64,000 nucleotides of DNA, taken from the NCBI GenBank assembly GCA_965197645.1, contig OZ240219.1:1472001-1536000 (forward strand). Reading direction: 5' to 3'. The notes beneath the pieces were generated by a model that worked only from the letters and a program-made list of their open reading frames with translations, did no database searches and was not told the DNA's origin. Positions within the stretch are counted from its first letter, which is position 1; every line of letters begins with the position of its first letter. Shown here piece after piece: positions 10,734 to 22,194 of the stretch. Made by a program: the position numbers and the translations under genes. This DNA comes from Dehalococcoidia bacterium. Lineage in GTDB: Bacteria; Chloroflexota; Dehalococcoidia; Plut-88900.

Positions 10734-12071
10734 ATGGACTACAAAGCCGCGCTCGAATACATCCTCGGCCTGACCAACTTCGAGAAGTCGCTCAAAGACC
10801 TGTACTCGCCGGGCAACGTGGACCTGGAGAGGGTCAGACTGTTGCTGGCCCGGCTGGGCTCCCCTCATTACGGCCCGGGCATCGTGCACATTGCCGGGAC
10901 CAAGGGGAAGGGCAGCACCGCGGCCATGGTGGCATCGGTGCTCAGGGCGTCGGGTTACAAGACGGGACTGTACACCTCGCCCCACCTTCACACATTCAGA
11001 GAGCGGATCAGGATCGATGGCCGGATGATATCGCAGCACGACTTCGCCAACGGGTTGGCGGAGGTCAAACCGTTCGTCGAGGAGATAAACCGGGAGGCCC
11101 GGTACGGACGGTTGTCCACCTTCGAGGTGCTGACGGTGCTGGCCCTCCTATACTTTCATAAGAAGAAGGCCGAGATAGAGGTGCTGGAGGTTGGGCTGGG
11201 AGGCCGGTTGGATGCGACCAACGTTGTGGACCCGGACGTGGCGGTCATAACATCGATAAGCCGGGACCACACCGAGCTGTTGGGCGAGACTCTGCCGGAG
11301 ATTGCCGGCGAGAAAGCGGGGATCATCAAGCAGGGAAACATCGTCGTTACGGCGCCCCAGGAAGAGGAGGTGGACAGGGTGCTCGACCGGATATGCAAGC
11401 AGCGGGCGGCCCATCGCATCAGTGTGGGGACGGAGATAACCTGGGAGAGCGGCCCCACCGGAATCGAGGGGCAGGAGTTCGTGATCGAGACGCCCCACCG
11501 CAGGTACGATGTCAAGACGCCCCTCCTGGGGGACCATCAGCTGGAGAACGCCGGCGTCGCCATCGGTGTGCTGGAAGTGCTGAAAGCCCAGGGCTGGAAC
11601 ATACCCATGGATGAGATTCGCCGAGGCTTCGAGGATCTGAGCTGGCCGGGCCGTTTCGAAGTGCTGTCGCAGGAGCCGCTTCTTGTCGTGGACGGCGCCC
11701 ACAACGGGGCTTCGGCACGTCGCCTGCGCCAGTCGTTAGACAGGTACTTCGCCGGGCGGAACGTGACGCTGATAGTAGGGATTTCATCCGACAAGAACAT
11801 CGAGGAGATAGTCGCCGAGCTGGCGCCGGTCGCCTCCCGGGTGGTTGTGACCCGGTCCCGGCATCCTCGCGCCGCGCCTGCTGCACAGGTTGCCGCCGCG
11901 TTCCGGGAGGCGGACGTAATTGTCGATGAGGCGGAGAGTGTAGCTGATGCGTTGGAGCTGGCTACCTCGGCCGGGGGACGGGAAGACCTCATCTGCGCCA
12001 CCGGCTCCCTGTTCATCGTTGGCGAGGTAATCCAGGCCGTGAAGAAGGTACCGGCGGAGCAGTACGTCTAG
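10734..12071 (+). CDS. folC: Folylpolyglutamate synthase/dihydrofolate synthase
   Basis: HIAGTKGKGST, YTSPHL, LEVGLGGRLDATN, WPGRFE, DGAHN, TGSLF. Confidence 0.96.
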   Translation: MDYKAALEYILGLTNFEKSLKDLYSPGNVDLERVRLLLARLGSPHYGPGIVHIAGTKGKGSTAAMVASVLRASGYKTGLYTSPHLHTFRERIRIDGRMISQHDFANGLAEVKPFVEEINREARYGRLSTFEVLTVLALLYFHKKKAEIEVLEVGLGGRLDATNVVDPDVAVITSISRDHTELLGETLPEIAGEKAGIIKQGNIVVTAPQEEEVDRVLDRICKQRAAHRISVGTEITWESGPTGIEGQEFVIETPHRRYDVKTPLLGDHQLENAGVAIGVLEVLKAQGWNIPMDEIRRGFEDLSWPGRFEVLSQEPLLVVDGAHNGASARRLRQSLDRYFAGRNVTLIVGISSDKNIEEIVAELAPVASRVVVTRSRHPRAAPAAQVAAAFREADVIVDEAESVADALELATSAGGREDLICATGSLFIVGEVIQAVKKVPAEQYV

Positions 12072-12086
12072 CGACAACGGTGTGCA

Positions 12087-13364
12087 ATGAGCAACGCGGA
12101 CACCAAGCTAACAGATCATCGAGGGCGGCCCCGAGTTGTCATAACGGGTACCGGGGCCCTCACTCCCCTGGGTAAGTCCACGGCCGAGTTCTGGCAGGGG
12201 TTGGTCGATGGACGCTCGGGCATCGGACCCATGACACTGGCAGATACGACGGACTTCCCATGCAAGATATCCGGCGAGATACCGGGCTACGACCCAAAAG
12301 ACTACCTGGACTCCAAAGAAGCGCGACGGATGGCCCGGTTCAGCCAGATAGCTGTCATCGCCAGCAGGATGGCGGTGGAGGATGCGCAGCTGGACCTGGG
12401 CGGAGAAGAGCTGGACCGAACAGGAATAGTGCTGGGCAACGGCGCCGGCGGGTTTCCCACCATCGAGGAGGGCGCCCGGACCCTGGTTTCCAAGGGAGGG
12501 ATGCGCATCAACCCCTTCTTCTTCCCGATGATCCTTCCCAACATGGCCGCCTCCCAGGTGAGCCGCACTCTGGGTCTCAAGGGGTATACCTCTACGATAA
12601 CGACCTCCTGCGCCGCCGGCACCCAGGCCGTCGGCGAGGCCATGGAAGTAATTCGACGAGGCGCCGCCGACCTGATGGTTACCGGAGGCGCCGAGGCGGG
12701 TATCAGTCAGCTGGGTCTGGGCGGGTTCAGCGTGATGCGCGCCCTTTCGACTCAGAACGACGACCCGTCCAAGGCCAGCAGGCCCTTCGATGCCAAACGG
12801 GATGGGTTCGTGCCGGCGGAAGGGGCCGGAATCCTGGTCATGGAGACGCTGGAGCACGCATTGAGACGAGAGGCGCCCATACTGGTCGAAGTGTCGGGGT
12901 TTGGCGTCTCTTCGGACGCGTTTCACATGGTACAGCCGGACGAGGCGGGTGTGGGGGCTGTACGAGCTATCCGGTGGTCGCTGGAAGATGCCGGCATGGA
13001 CCCTTCAGAAATCGAGTATATCAACGCCCACGGCACGTCGACTCCCCTGAACGACGCGGTGGAGACGAAAGCGATCAAGAAGGCCTTTGGCGAGCACGCT
13101 TGCCGGGTGCCGATCAGCGCCACGAAATCGATGATAGGACACGCGCTGGGCGCCGCGGGAGGCATGGAGGCCGTAGCCAGCGTCAAGACTATCTTGGAAG
13201 GCGTCATACACCCGACCATCAACTACGAGTTCGCCGACCCGGACTGCGACCTTGACTACGTCCCCAACGAAGCGAGACGCCAGCCGGTGCAGACGGTCCT
13301 ATCCAACAGCTTCGGGTTCGGGGGGCAGAACGCCTGCCTCGTCTTCAAGGCATACGAAGAGTAG
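12087..13364 (+). CDS. fabF: 3-oxoacyl-ACP synthase II
   Basis: TSCAAG catalytic Cys, SRPFDAKRDGFV, YINAHGTST, KSMIGH, SNSFGFGGQN. Confidence 0.96.
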   Translation: MSNADTKLTDHRGRPRVVITGTGALTPLGKSTAEFWQGLVDGRSGIGPMTLADTTDFPCKISGEIPGYDPKDYLDSKEARRMARFSQIAVIASRMAVEDAQLDLGGEELDRTGIVLGNGAGGFPTIEEGARTLVSKGGMRINPFFFPMILPNMAASQVSRTLGLKGYTSTITTSCAAGTQAVGEAMEVIRRGAADLMVTGGAEAGISQLGLGGFSVMRALSTQNDDPSKASRPFDAKRDGFVPAEGAGILVMETLEHALRREAPILVEVSGFGVSSDAFHMVQPDEAGVGAVRAIRWSLEDAGMDPSEIEYINAHGTSTPLNDAVETKAIKKAFGEHACRVPISATKSMIGHALGAAGGMEAVASVKTILEGVIHPTINYEFADPDCDLDYVPNEARRQPVQTVLSNSFGFGGQNACLVFKAYEE

Positions 13365-13392
13365 GCCGCGGCGTAATGTCTGTGGCCGGGTG

Positions 13393-13650
13393 CTAACCGG
13401 CCGGTGAGTCGACGGAAGTGGACTGGGGTACCATTACCCCTAGCAGCCTTTCCAGGGCCATGGTATGGCTGCAGGTTTTCCAGGACGCAAAGAAGCTACA
13501 GTCGCAATGCCACTTCTTATCGCGAAGGCTGATCTCGTGAGAGCTGTTCTCTCCCCTGAAGGAAGCCTTCAGCTCAGAAAACTTAATACGCTCGGGCTCT
13601 TCGGCATACCGCTTGGCCTTCTCGATCTTTCCGATGAGGCTGGACTGCAT
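13393..13650 (-). CDS. Small SWIM zinc-finger protein
   Basis: WHCDC-x8-CSH (CxC..CxH); AAGGAGGTG SD just upstream on the minus strand. Confidence 0.8.
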   Translation of the reverse strand: MQSSLIGKIEKAKRYAEEPERIKFSELKASFRGENSSHEISLRDKKWHCDCSFFASWKTCSHTMALERLLGVMVPQSTSVDSPAG

Positions 13651-13799
13651 GGCACCTCCTTACACATCCAATAACGGCTTGGGACCCCTAAGGATATTTT
13701 AATTGTAGGGGGATAGTTGGTCAACGAAACTATCTTGACCGACCGGCTGACAACCTACTACGAAATGCGGCCAATGCCCCAAGATGCAATCAATGGTTG

Positions 13800-13828
13800 T
13801 TGACACCTCATCCGACCCTACCTATAAT
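13800..13828 (+). promoter_or_regulatory. Consensus sigma70 promoter upstream of the pyrG leader
   Basis: TTGACA (13800-05), 17 nt, TATAAT (13823-28): perfect consensus. Confidence 0.85.
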
Positions 13829-14093
13829 CCACCGCAAGGAACCCGTTGATGCCACGGTCTCCCAAGAACCAGCAAGGTCTCTCCCTCTTTACCGGCATCG
13901 CTTCCTCTAATGCGTTTTCAGTGGTTCGGAGCGCCCTATTAACTCGGTCTACTCGCGATTGAGTCCCAAAGGAATAGGACCCTCGAGCTCCCGGGCAACC
14001 TGCGTAAACACCGGGCGAGCTAACCGCCCCTCCTCTCCTCGTTGCGCGTTCTCGCGTAGATTTCGCTTCAATACTCTTCAAAGCTGAGGTTCA

Positions 14094-15740
14094 ATGACCA
14101 AGTTCATATTCGTTACAGGCGGCGTGGTTAGCTCCGTTGGCAAGGGGGTTACGGTGGCCTCCATCGGCCGGATTCTCAAGAGCCACGAGATTTCCGTCTC
14201 TGTGCAGAAGCTGGACCCCTACCTGAACGTCGATCCGGGCACCATGTCTCCGTATCAGCACGGAGAAGTGTTCGTCACCAGCGACGGTGCCGAAACGGAC
14301 CTCGATCTGGGCCACTATGAGCGCTTCATAGACTTGGATCTCACTAAGTCCTCCAACGTCACCGCCGGGGACATATACAGCTCGGTGATATCCAAGGAAC
14401 GGAGAGGCGACTTCCTCGGCGGGACCATCCAGGCCGTCCCCCACGTCACCAACGAGATAAAGGCCCGTATGCGCAGTCTGGCCGAGGAATCGGAAGCGGC
14501 GGTGGTGATAGTTGAGGTGGGAGGCACCGTAGGTGACATAGAGAGCCAACCCTTCCTGGAAGCCATAAGGCAGATGAGGAACGATATCGGCCGTGAGAAC
14601 GCCCTCAACATACACGTCACCCTGCTTCCCTACATCTCCGCTACGGGCGAGCTGAAGACCAAGCCGACCCAGCACTCGGTGAAAGAGATGCGCAGTATAG
14701 GACTTCAGCCCGACGTCATTATCTGTCGCAGCGACTATCCGGTACCCCCAGACGTCAACGAAAAGATCGCCCTGTTCTGCGACGTGGAGCAGCAGGCCGT
14801 CATCGCCGCTCCGACGGTGGAGACGATTTACGAAGTGCCTTTACTACTTCAGGGACAGGGGTTGGGAGATCTGGTAATCGATCGGTTGTCACTGCCCAAG
14901 GGAGAGCCGGACCTCGAGGAGTGGAGAGACCTCGTAGACAGGATCAAAGCTCCCAAAGATCCCATACCCATCGCGGTAGTGGGGAAGTACGTGGAGCTGC
15001 CTGACGCCTACACGTCCGTGAGAGAGGCGCTGTATCACGCGGGGCTTCACCACCAGCGAAACATCGATATCTCCTGGATCCACTCGGAGGACCTGGAAAA
15101 CGGCAGCTGCGAAGAGTACCTTCGATCGGTTAGGGGCATCGTAGTGCCCGGAGGGTTCGGGCCCCGGGGCATAGAGGGTATGATCAGGGCCGCCCACTAT
15201 GCCCGGAAGTACGAAATTCCCTACCTTGGTCTGTGTCTTGGAATGCAAGTCATGGTGATAGAGTTCGCTCGACACGTGCTCGAATCCGCTGAGCCGAACT
15301 CCACGGAGTTTGACCTCGAGACCGATGAACCGGTTATATACCTATTGCCGGACCAGAAGGACGTCACCAACAAGGGCGGCACCATGCGCTTAGGTTCCTA
15401 TCCCTGCCGGGCCGTGTCCAAGACCCTAGCAGGTCAGGCCTATGGCGACGAGGTGGCGCAGGAGCGTCATCGGCACCGGTTCGAGTTCAACAACGACTAT
15501 GTAGATCGGCTGGGCGAAGAGGGCTTGGTTTTCAGCGGCCTTTCGCCGGATGGGAACCTGGTGGAGATAGCTGAGCTTCGCGGGCACCCGTTCATGCTGG
15601 GCTGCCAGTTCCACCCGGAGTTCAAGTCCCGGCCCAATTTCCCCCACCCACTATTTCGAAGTTTCATCGGAGCCGCCAAGATGAAGCTGCGGGAAGGCGG
15701 CCAGCACCCTCTCCCGGTATCCGAGGAGGTCCAAGCGTAG
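14094..15740 (+). CDS. pyrG: CTP synthase
   Basis: [44 protein letters not shown]. Confidence 0.98.
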   Translation: MTKFIFVTGGVVSSVGKGVTVASIGRILKSHEISVSVQKLDPYLNVDPGTMSPYQHGEVFVTSDGAETDLDLGHYERFIDLDLTKSSNVTAGDIYSSVISKERRGDFLGGTIQAVPHVTNEIKARMRSLAEESEAAVVIVEVGGTVGDIESQPFLEAIRQMRNDIGRENALNIHVTLLPYISATGELKTKPTQHSVKEMRSIGLQPDVIICRSDYPVPPDVNEKIALFCDVEQQAVIAAPTVETIYEVPLLLQGQGLGDLVIDRLSLPKGEPDLEEWRDLVDRIKAPKDPIPIAVVGKYVELPDAYTSVREALYHAGLHHQRNIDISWIHSEDLENGSCEEYLRSVRGIVVPGGFGPRGIEGMIRAAHYARKYEIPYLGLCLGMQVMVIEFARHVLESAEPNSTEFDLETDEPVIYLLPDQKDVTNKGGTMRLGSYPCRAVSKTLAGQAYGDEVAQERHRHRFEFNNDYVDRLGEEGLVFSGLSPDGNLVEIAELRGHPFMLGCQFHPEFKSRPNFPHPLFRSFIGAAKMKLREGGQHPLPVSEEVQA

Positions 15741-15758
15741 ACGGAGTATTGCGTCCCG

Positions 15759-15767
15759 TGATACAAT
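15759..15767 (+). promoter_or_regulatory. Extended -10 promoter for the rho leader
   Basis: TG-A-TACAAT just after the pyrG stop, about 375 nt upstream of the rho ATG. Confidence 0.5.
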
Positions 15768-16143
15768 AGCTTCGAGGCTCTAGTACAACGCAACTCCAGA
15801 CAGAACTCGTTCGGGCCTCGATACCGACAACTCTCTTCAATTCCTTCCGACTTACCAGAGCACATCACTTTACCGCAAGTCAGCCATACCGGTATACGGT
15901 GTTAGCGCTCGACCGTTGACAAAAACAGCAGGATGGTCGCGCATTGGGTTCCGGGCCGCGGTCAGCCGTACTCACGGATAGATACAAGGTAAGCGTCGAT
16001 TGCGGATCCATCACCCTCTACAGGCAAGGCGGGAGCCACCGCAGGGATGCAGGTGTGAAAGTCGCCCTTGCTTCCAAGGAAACTAGGCGAAACCAAGTTG
16101 TTTACCGATACCGATAGGCAGAAGGAAGTAGAAGCAGAGGAAA

Positions 16144-17427
16144 ATGACCACTCAAGTTGAACGCATAGACATAGCGGCCCTGGAATCCCGGAGTCGAGAA
16201 GAGCTGATGGACCTGGCTCGGGAGGCCAACATCAGCGGCTACGTAGGCCTGCGTAAAGAGGAGCTGGTCTTCAAGCTGCTCCCAACGAAGACCGACAACC
16301 AGGTAGCCATCATCAGCGGCGGCATACTGGAGTTGGTGGACGATGGTTACGGGTTCCTTCGCCACGACGGCCTGCGACCCGGTGTGAACGATGTCTACGT
16401 GTCCCAGTCCCAGATCCGCCGCTTCGGGCTCCGCACCGGCGACCGAGTTTCCGGCCAGGTGAGGCCTCCGAAGAACGGCGAGAAGTACTACGGCCTATTG
16501 CGGGTGGAATCGGTCAACAGTATGGAGCCCGACGTCGCCAAGGGCCGCCCCGCTTTCGATGACCTGACCCCCATCTTCCCCGAACAGCTGGTCAACTTGG
16601 AGGAGGCCGACGGCGATCTTTCCTGCAGGCTGCTGATGATGCTTTCGCCAGTAGGCCGCGGCCAGCGGGGCCTGATAGTTTCGCCGCCCAAGGCCGGCAA
16701 GACCATCCTTCTCAAGCAGATCGCCAACGGCATGGCAGCCAACCACGATGATCTTCGTCTCATGGTTGTCCTGATCGGTGAGCGGCCCGAAGAGGTCACC
16801 GACATGAAGCGCTCCGTCAAGGGGGAGGTGATAAGCTCCACCTTCGACGAACCCGTAGAAGACCACACCAAGGTCGCCGAAGTGGCTTTGGAGCGGGCCA
16901 AGCGGCTGGTGGAGTGCGGCGAGGACGTGGTGATATTGCTCGATAGCATCACCCGGCTCACCCGGGCTTACAATCTAGCCATTCCCACCAGCGGCAGGAC
17001 CCTCTCCGGCGGCATCGATCCGGTAGCGCTGTACCCTCCCAAACACTTCTTCGGCGCCGCCCGCAAGTGCGAGGAGGGCGGAAGTCTCACCATACTGGGC
17101 ACCTGCCTCGTCGATACGGGCAGCCGCATGGACGAGGTGATCTACGAGGAGTTCAAGGGCACCGGCAACATGGAGGTCCACCTGGACCGGAAGCTGGCCG
17201 AGCGAAGGATATTCCCCGCCATCGACATTCAGAAGTCGGGCACCAGGCGTGAGGAGAAGCTGCTTGCGCCCGACACTTTGAAGCAGGTGTGGCTGCTGCG
17301 CAGAATGGTCTCCATGATCAGCAACGACCCGACCAGCTACTCCGAGGCCACCGGCAAGGTTCTCGAGCGATTGGCCAAGACCTCCACCAACGCCGAGTTC
17401 CTGACCAATCTCACCAGGGAAGCCTAG
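16144..17427 (+). CDS. rho: Transcription termination factor Rho
   Basis: [60 protein letters not shown]. Confidence 0.98.
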   Translation: MTTQVERIDIAALESRSREELMDLAREANISGYVGLRKEELVFKLLPTKTDNQVAIISGGILELVDDGYGFLRHDGLRPGVNDVYVSQSQIRRFGLRTGDRVSGQVRPPKNGEKYYGLLRVESVNSMEPDVAKGRPAFDDLTPIFPEQLVNLEEADGDLSCRLLMMLSPVGRGQRGLIVSPPKAGKTILLKQIANGMAANHDDLRLMVVLIGERPEEVTDMKRSVKGEVISSTFDEPVEDHTKVAEVALERAKRLVECGEDVVILLDSITRLTRAYNLAIPTSGRTLSGGIDPVALYPPKHFFGAARKCEEGGSLTILGTCLVDTGSRMDEVIYEEFKGTGNMEVHLDRKLAERRIFPAIDIQKSGTRREEKLLAPDTLKQVWLLRRMVSMISNDPTSYSEATGKVLERLAKTSTNAEFLTNLTREA

Positions 17428-17441
17428 CCCCCACCCCCACT

Positions 17442-17490
17442 GTCATTCCGTGTCCATCGAGGAGTTCTCTTTGCCGGAGCGTGGCAATCT
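17442..17490. repeat. Dispersed palindromic repeat (GTCATT...GCGTGGCAATCT family)
   Basis: gtcattccgtgtccatcgaggagttctctttgccggag closely matches 33450-33487; the 3' end gcgtggcaatct matches 19619-19630. Confidence 0.6.
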
Positions 17491-17825
17491 TGTGGGGGTG
17501 CCCCCAACGTAAGTCCTCCCTCCCACCCGTCCCGGATTGCATCCGCCAGCTCCCTACCCTCCGACTGAGATTACCAAGCCAATCACTCATTGGCCTGGCA
17601 ACAACGGTTTGCGGGAGCCTGTGGACTCCATCCGGGGAAGGTAATTCACCTGAGAGACAAAACCAACCTGCGTGGGGCGGTTGTGTTATCATCACCCTGG
17701 CGGTTTCGCCAATCTCTTTGGTGTGTTTCAAGGTGTCTAACTAACCCGGTGTCTGAGCTAGTCTGCAACCCGATAGGCCCGTTCTCCGTACGGAGTGGTG
17801 CCCAGACGTTCAGAAGGGCCGGCCT

Positions 17826-18287
17826 GTGACCCTCAAGCTGGCCATAGGCGCCGACCACGGCGGCTATCCCCTGAAAATCGAGCTGGTGCCCTGGCTCCAG
17901 ACCCAAGGGTACGAGGTGACGGACAAGGGTGCTCACCGCCTCGATCCTGCCGATGACTACCCAGATTTCGCCGATGCCGTTGCCGTGGCGATAGCTGCCG
18001 GAGAGGCCGACCGCGGCCTCATCATCTGCGGCAGCGGAGTCGGCGCCTGCATAGCGGCAAACAAGGTCCCGGGCGTGCGTGCGTGCCTCTGCCAGGATAC
18101 CTACTCGGCCCACCAGGGGGTGGAGCACGATGACATGAACGTCCTGTGCCTGGGCGCCCGCATCACGGGAATCGAGCTGGCCAAGGAGCTGGTCGCCTCC
18201 TTTCTCAACGCCAGGTTTACTCAGGAAGAGCGGCACAAGAGACGCATGGCCAAGCTACTGGAGATCGAGCGAAGAGGGGTCAGCTAG
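17826..18287 (+). CDS. rpiB: Ribose-5-phosphate isomerase B
   Basis: [43 protein letters not shown]. Confidence 0.96.
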   Translation: MTLKLAIGADHGGYPLKIELVPWLQTQGYEVTDKGAHRLDPADDYPDFADAVAVAIAAGEADRGLIICGSGVGACIAANKVPGVRACLCQDTYSAHQGVEHDDMNVLCLGARITGIELAKELVASFLNARFTQEERHKRRMAKLLEIERRGVS

Positions 18288-18301
18288 AAGGAGTCCGTTC
18301 A

Positions 18302-19402
18302 ATGACCAATCCCGTTCTTGAAGCCCAGCAATTGGGACAGTCCACCTGGTACGACAACATCAGTCGCGGGCTGATCTCTTCCGGTGGACTACAGCGCATG
18401 TTGGAGTCCGGAGTCACCGGGCTGACCTCCAACCCCTCGATCTTCGAAAAATCGATCTCGGGTACCACGGACTACGACGATGCCCTGAGCGAGCTGGCAA
18501 AACGGAGCGACACCGCCAAGGATATTTTCGAATCGCTGGCTATCGAGGATATCCGGGACGCTGCCGATCTCCTTCGGCCCGTTTACGACCGGACCGGTGG
18601 AGTCGATGGGTACGTATCCCTGGAGGTGGGCCCTGAGCTGGCCCACGATACCGAAGAGACGGTAGCCGAGGCGAGACGTCTGTTCCACGCGGTGGACCGG
18701 CCCAACCTCCTCATCAAGGTGCCGGCCACCCCCGAGGGGATTCCGGCCATCCGTACCCTCATCGGAGAAGGCGTCAACGTCAACGTGACCCTTATCTTTT
18801 CCCTCGACTTCTACCGCGAAGTTCGGGAGGCTTATCTGTCGGGACTGGAGGACCGTCTGAGCAGCGGAAAGGACATAGGCGGCGTGGCTTCCGTGGCATC
18901 CTTCTTCGTCAGCCGTGTGGATAGCGCCGTGGATGCCCTCCTCAGCGACAAGGGGCTTCCGGGCCTTTTCGGCAAGGCCGCCGTGGCCAACTCCAAGCTG
19001 GCCTTCCGCGACTTTCAAGAGACCTTCAACAGCGAGCGTTTCGCTCGATTGAAGGAGCGTGGCGCCATGGTGCAGAGGCTGCTGTGGGGCAGCACCAGCA
19101 CCAAGAACCCCGACTACAGCGATCTCCTGTACGTCGAGGAACTGATAGGGCCCGACACCATCAACACGATGCCCCAGGCCACCCTGGACGCCTACCTGGA
19201 CCACGGCACGGCTCTCTCCACCCTCGGCGAGGGCCTGGAGGAGGCACAGCATACCATCGAGGATCTGGAGGCCGCCGGCATCAGCATGAAGCGGGTCACC
19301 GATCAGCTTCTGGCAGAAGGCGTCAAGGCCTTCGCCGACTCCTTCGATAAGCTGCTGGCCCACATCGAGGACAAGCGGGCCAGTCTCATCGCCGCAAGCT
19401 GA
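18302..19402 (+). CDS. tal: Transaldolase (type 2)
   Basis: GQSTWYD, TSNPSIF, GYVSLEV, IKVPAT Schiff-base Lys, [15 protein letters not shown]; GAAGGAG SD before ATG 18302. Confidence 0.96.
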   Translation: MTNPVLEAQQLGQSTWYDNISRGLISSGGLQRMLESGVTGLTSNPSIFEKSISGTTDYDDALSELAKRSDTAKDIFESLAIEDIRDAADLLRPVYDRTGGVDGYVSLEVGPELAHDTEETVAEARRLFHAVDRPNLLIKVPATPEGIPAIRTLIGEGVNVNVTLIFSLDFYREVREAYLSGLEDRLSSGKDIGGVASVASFFVSRVDSAVDALLSDKGLPGLFGKAAVANSKLAFRDFQETFNSERFARLKERGAMVQRLLWGSTSTKNPDYSDLLYVEELIGPDTINTMPQATLDAYLDHGTALSTLGEGLEEAQHTIEDLEAAGISMKRVTDQLLAEGVKAFADSFDKLLAHIEDKRASLIAAS

Positions 19403-19470
19403 CGCCTCGTCCGGCTTCAGCTATCACGACCGTTATCTCCTCGGAGCCGGTGGGAAACACGGCTCACGCC

Positions 19471-19631
19471 GGGAAGGGAGCCATGGGGGATGGTCGAGGC
19501 GCACCAGACTGCTTCGCTCCCTTCAACCCCCTCAGGACTAACTACCCCTCGCTGGCAACGACGACCACAGTTGGATTGAATCCATGACTTCGTCATTGCG
19601 AGCCCCGACTTTGTCGGGGCGTGGCAATCTC
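19471..19631. repeat. Cluster of REP-like palindromic repeat modules downstream of tal
   Basis: GTCATTGCGA-GCCCCGAC-TTT-GTCGGGGC-GTGGCAATCTC (19592-19631); degenerate inverse-orientation-like module at about 19505-19563; GGGGATGGTC module at 19486-19495 shared with 23051-23060. Confidence 0.6.
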
Positions 19632-19903
19632 AGGCTAGGCTTTCCTCCAAGTAGGTGGGGCTTGTGTTGATGGATGGGTGCCCGACTCCAGGTTAGTTTT
19701 CCCACCCACCCGCCCTGAGATGTATTCTATCTGGGGGCACGTTCCCTGAACCCCCTGCCTGCTGGGGCCGGTAGTCTGAGATCGCCCCCTGGTAAGGTCA
19801 TTCCGAGTCCTTCTAGGAATCCTCGTTGCCGGTGTCACCAGGTCCGTGATAGCTTGGCGGCGAATGTAGCGGTTGAGTTTCGTTTCTGCTAGTATTCGCT
19901 GGC

Positions 19904-21160
19904 TTGAGCACGACTGTAGACACCGTACCGGCCACAAACAGACCTTCCTCCTACCGCTGGGTGGTAATAGTCACCTGGATGATCTCCCATATCTGGGGGT
20001 TTATCGCGGTAGAAAGCCTCGGGTTTCTGCTTCCCAGCATGCGGGACGAACTGGGCCTCGAACCTATTCATGAGGGGCTGCTGGGAGCCGCACCTCTCAT
20101 CGGCGTGTTGTTCCTTGCGATAGCGTCCGGCATGGTCATGTCCAGGTTCAGCCCAAAACGCCTCACCACTATCACGCTGCTCGTCGGTACCGGACTGCTG
20201 GTCTTTCAAGGCTGGGCCCCGACCTTTGCGGTGCTGCTGGTGGGCCGCCTCCTCTACGGCATCTCCATCGTTGCCAGAGAGCCGGCCCGCGCCTTGCTGA
20301 TAAGGCAATGGATCCGACTCAGGGAGATAGTGGTAGCCAACGCCTCCATGAACCTCCTGTGGGGCATCAGCTCTATAGCGTTTATCCTCATCCCCCAGAT
20401 TCTCAAGCTTCTGGATGATAGCTGGCGGGACACCCTTTACCTGTTCGCAGCGATCTCGTTGGGGATGACCTTCGCATGGCAGATACTGGGTAGGGAGCGC
20501 GTAAACCCGGAATACTCCGGTGACCCCGCGTCTAGAGAGAGACCCCAGATAACCGCCGTCCTGAGATACAAGGAGCTGTGGTTGATCGGCATGGGAGTGG
20601 TGGGAATAGACATGGCGTTCGGAGCGCTGGCGGTATTCTGGCCCAGCTACATGCTGGACACCTACGATTTTTCCCTGCAGATGAGCGCCATAATGTGGGC
20701 TGTCAGCGGGCTTACCTCCGCTGTATCGGCGCTGGGAGTAGGCCTGATAGCTCAAAAAACGGGCAGACGAAGACCATTTCTAACCGCCGCAGGGATATTG
20801 ATGACCGTCACTACTATAGGGCTGCTCCTTACTGGTCACCTTCCCTATCTGGTATTGATATCCATCTCCCAGGGGTTGGCGTTTTCGATATTCCCCATTC
20901 TCATGACCATCCCCTTCGAGCTTCCCAACATAAAGCCCCGGGAAATAGCAGTGGCCAACGGGTTCATCGAGACCTTCTTCGTGGGCGGCGCCATGCTGGG
21001 TCCGATAGTGGCGGGCGGAATCCAGCAGATAACCGGTGATCAGAGACTGGCCCTGATGATCACCAGTGTCTGCGCGCTGACCCTTACGGCCACCGGGTTA
21101 CTACTGCCCAGGCAGGTGGACCAGATAGGGGGCCGGCAGCCCGCGCCCCAGACCGCCTAG
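19904..21160 (+). CDS. MFS transporter
   Basis: 418 aa with about 12 hydrophobic segments, SRFSPKR and QKTGRRR loop motifs. Confidence 0.88.
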   Translation: MSTTVDTVPATNRPSSYRWVVIVTWMISHIWGFIAVESLGFLLPSMRDELGLEPIHEGLLGAAPLIGVLFLAIASGMVMSRFSPKRLTTITLLVGTGLLVFQGWAPTFAVLLVGRLLYGISIVAREPARALLIRQWIRLREIVVANASMNLLWGISSIAFILIPQILKLLDDSWRDTLYLFAAISLGMTFAWQILGRERVNPEYSGDPASRERPQITAVLRYKELWLIGMGVVGIDMAFGALAVFWPSYMLDTYDFSLQMSAIMWAVSGLTSAVSALGVGLIAQKTGRRRPFLTAAGILMTVTTIGLLLTGHLPYLVLISISQGLAFSIFPILMTIPFELPNIKPREIAVANGFIETFFVGGAMLGPIVAGGIQQITGDQRLALMITSVCALTLTATGLLLPRQVDQIGGRQPAPQTA

Positions 21161-22176
21161 ATCGCCCGGACGGCCTTGATGGTCTTCTTGAGCTGAGCTT
21201 CGTCCTCTGGATCGTCCTTGGGAAGAGGCAGCGAGGTCTGGGTGGCCCAGGCGCCGAAACGAGCCTTGACGGCATCGGCGATCTTGTCGTAGGTGCCGAT
21301 GGCGGAGAAAGCCTCCACCATTTCGTCGGTAATGAGGCCGACCATATTCTTCCACTCGCCGTTGAGGGATAGCTGATGAAGCTCTCCGGTCAGGTGTCCC
21401 CAGCCGTGTATGTCGAACACCGGGTTGTAGGTGCGGGTGGACCCGTAAAAGGACATCGACTCCCTGATCTGCTCTACCCCCCGGGCCACGTCCTCATCGG
21501 TGGCGCCCGTAATCACGAACCCACCCCCGGTAATCTCCAGGTCCTTGATCGATCTATCGGACTTCTCCAGCCCCTTTTCTAGGTTGGGCAGCACCACCTC
21601 GTCCACGTACTTGCCGGTGCAGAACCCGTGGAGCCGCAGGCTATCGCATACCTCGCCGGCCGACCGGATGTTGTATGTGTTCACCGCGGAAATTCCTATG
21701 GGAATGGTGGGATGATCGATGGGTCCGGGATCGAAGAAGGGGGTCATCAGGTTGAAGTTGTAGAACTTGCCCTGGAAGTTGAGCGGGGTGCGGTTCTGCC
21801 AGCAGTCCCAGATGACCCTCAACGATTGGACGTACTCCTTCAACCGGGGGCCCGGCGAGTCCCAGGGCACGCTGAACCGGCGCTGAATATGCCCCTTGAC
21901 CTGCGTCCCCAGGCCCAGTTGGAACCTGCCACCGGAGAGGTCTTGAATGGCCCACGCCTGATAGGCCGTGGTCATAGGGCTGCGGGGAAACGCCAGCGCT
22001 ATGTCCGTGGACAGCTGCACGTTGCTGGTGTGCTCGGCGGCGAGGGTGGAGGACAGGAAGGGGTCCAGCTTGATCTCGGGCACGGTGACTCCGTCGTAGC
22101 CCAGGTCCTCTATCCGCTTGGCCTCACCGGCTATATTCTTCAGACTGTCGTCACCTACGGAGGCGTAAACTTTCAT
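21157..22176 (-). CDS. LLM-class F420-dependent oxidoreductase (TIGR03617-like)
   Basis: E-x-x-x-DPF, IALAFPRSPM, SGGRFQLGLGTQVKGHIQRRFS, FYGSTRTY. Confidence 0.9.
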   Translation of the reverse strand: MKVYASVGDDSLKNIAGEAKRIEDLGYDGVTVPEIKLDPFLSSTLAAEHTSNVQLSTDIALAFPRSPMTTAYQAWAIQDLSGGRFQLGLGTQVKGHIQRRFSVPWDSPGPRLKEYVQSLRVIWDCWQNRTPLNFQGKFYNFNLMTPFFDPGPIDHPTIPIGISAVNTYNIRSAGEVCDSLRLHGFCTGKYVDEVVLPNLEKGLEKSDRSIKDLEITGGGFVITGATDEDVARGVEQIRESMSFYGSTRTYNPVFDIHGWGHLTGELHQLSLNGEWKNMVGLITDEMVEAFSAIGTYDKIADAVKARFGAWATQTSLPLPKDDPEDEAQLKKTIKAVRAI

Positions 22177-22194
22177 TCGATGGTCCTCTAATCT

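Noticed and set aside
16070-16105. c-di-GMP-I riboswitch-like GAAA hairpin in the rho leader
   Set aside because: The GCAAA/second-stem elements of that motif are missing.
17590-17825. Possible riboswitch upstream of rpiB-tal
   Set aside because: Only short stems; no match to a riboswitch consensus I can recognise.
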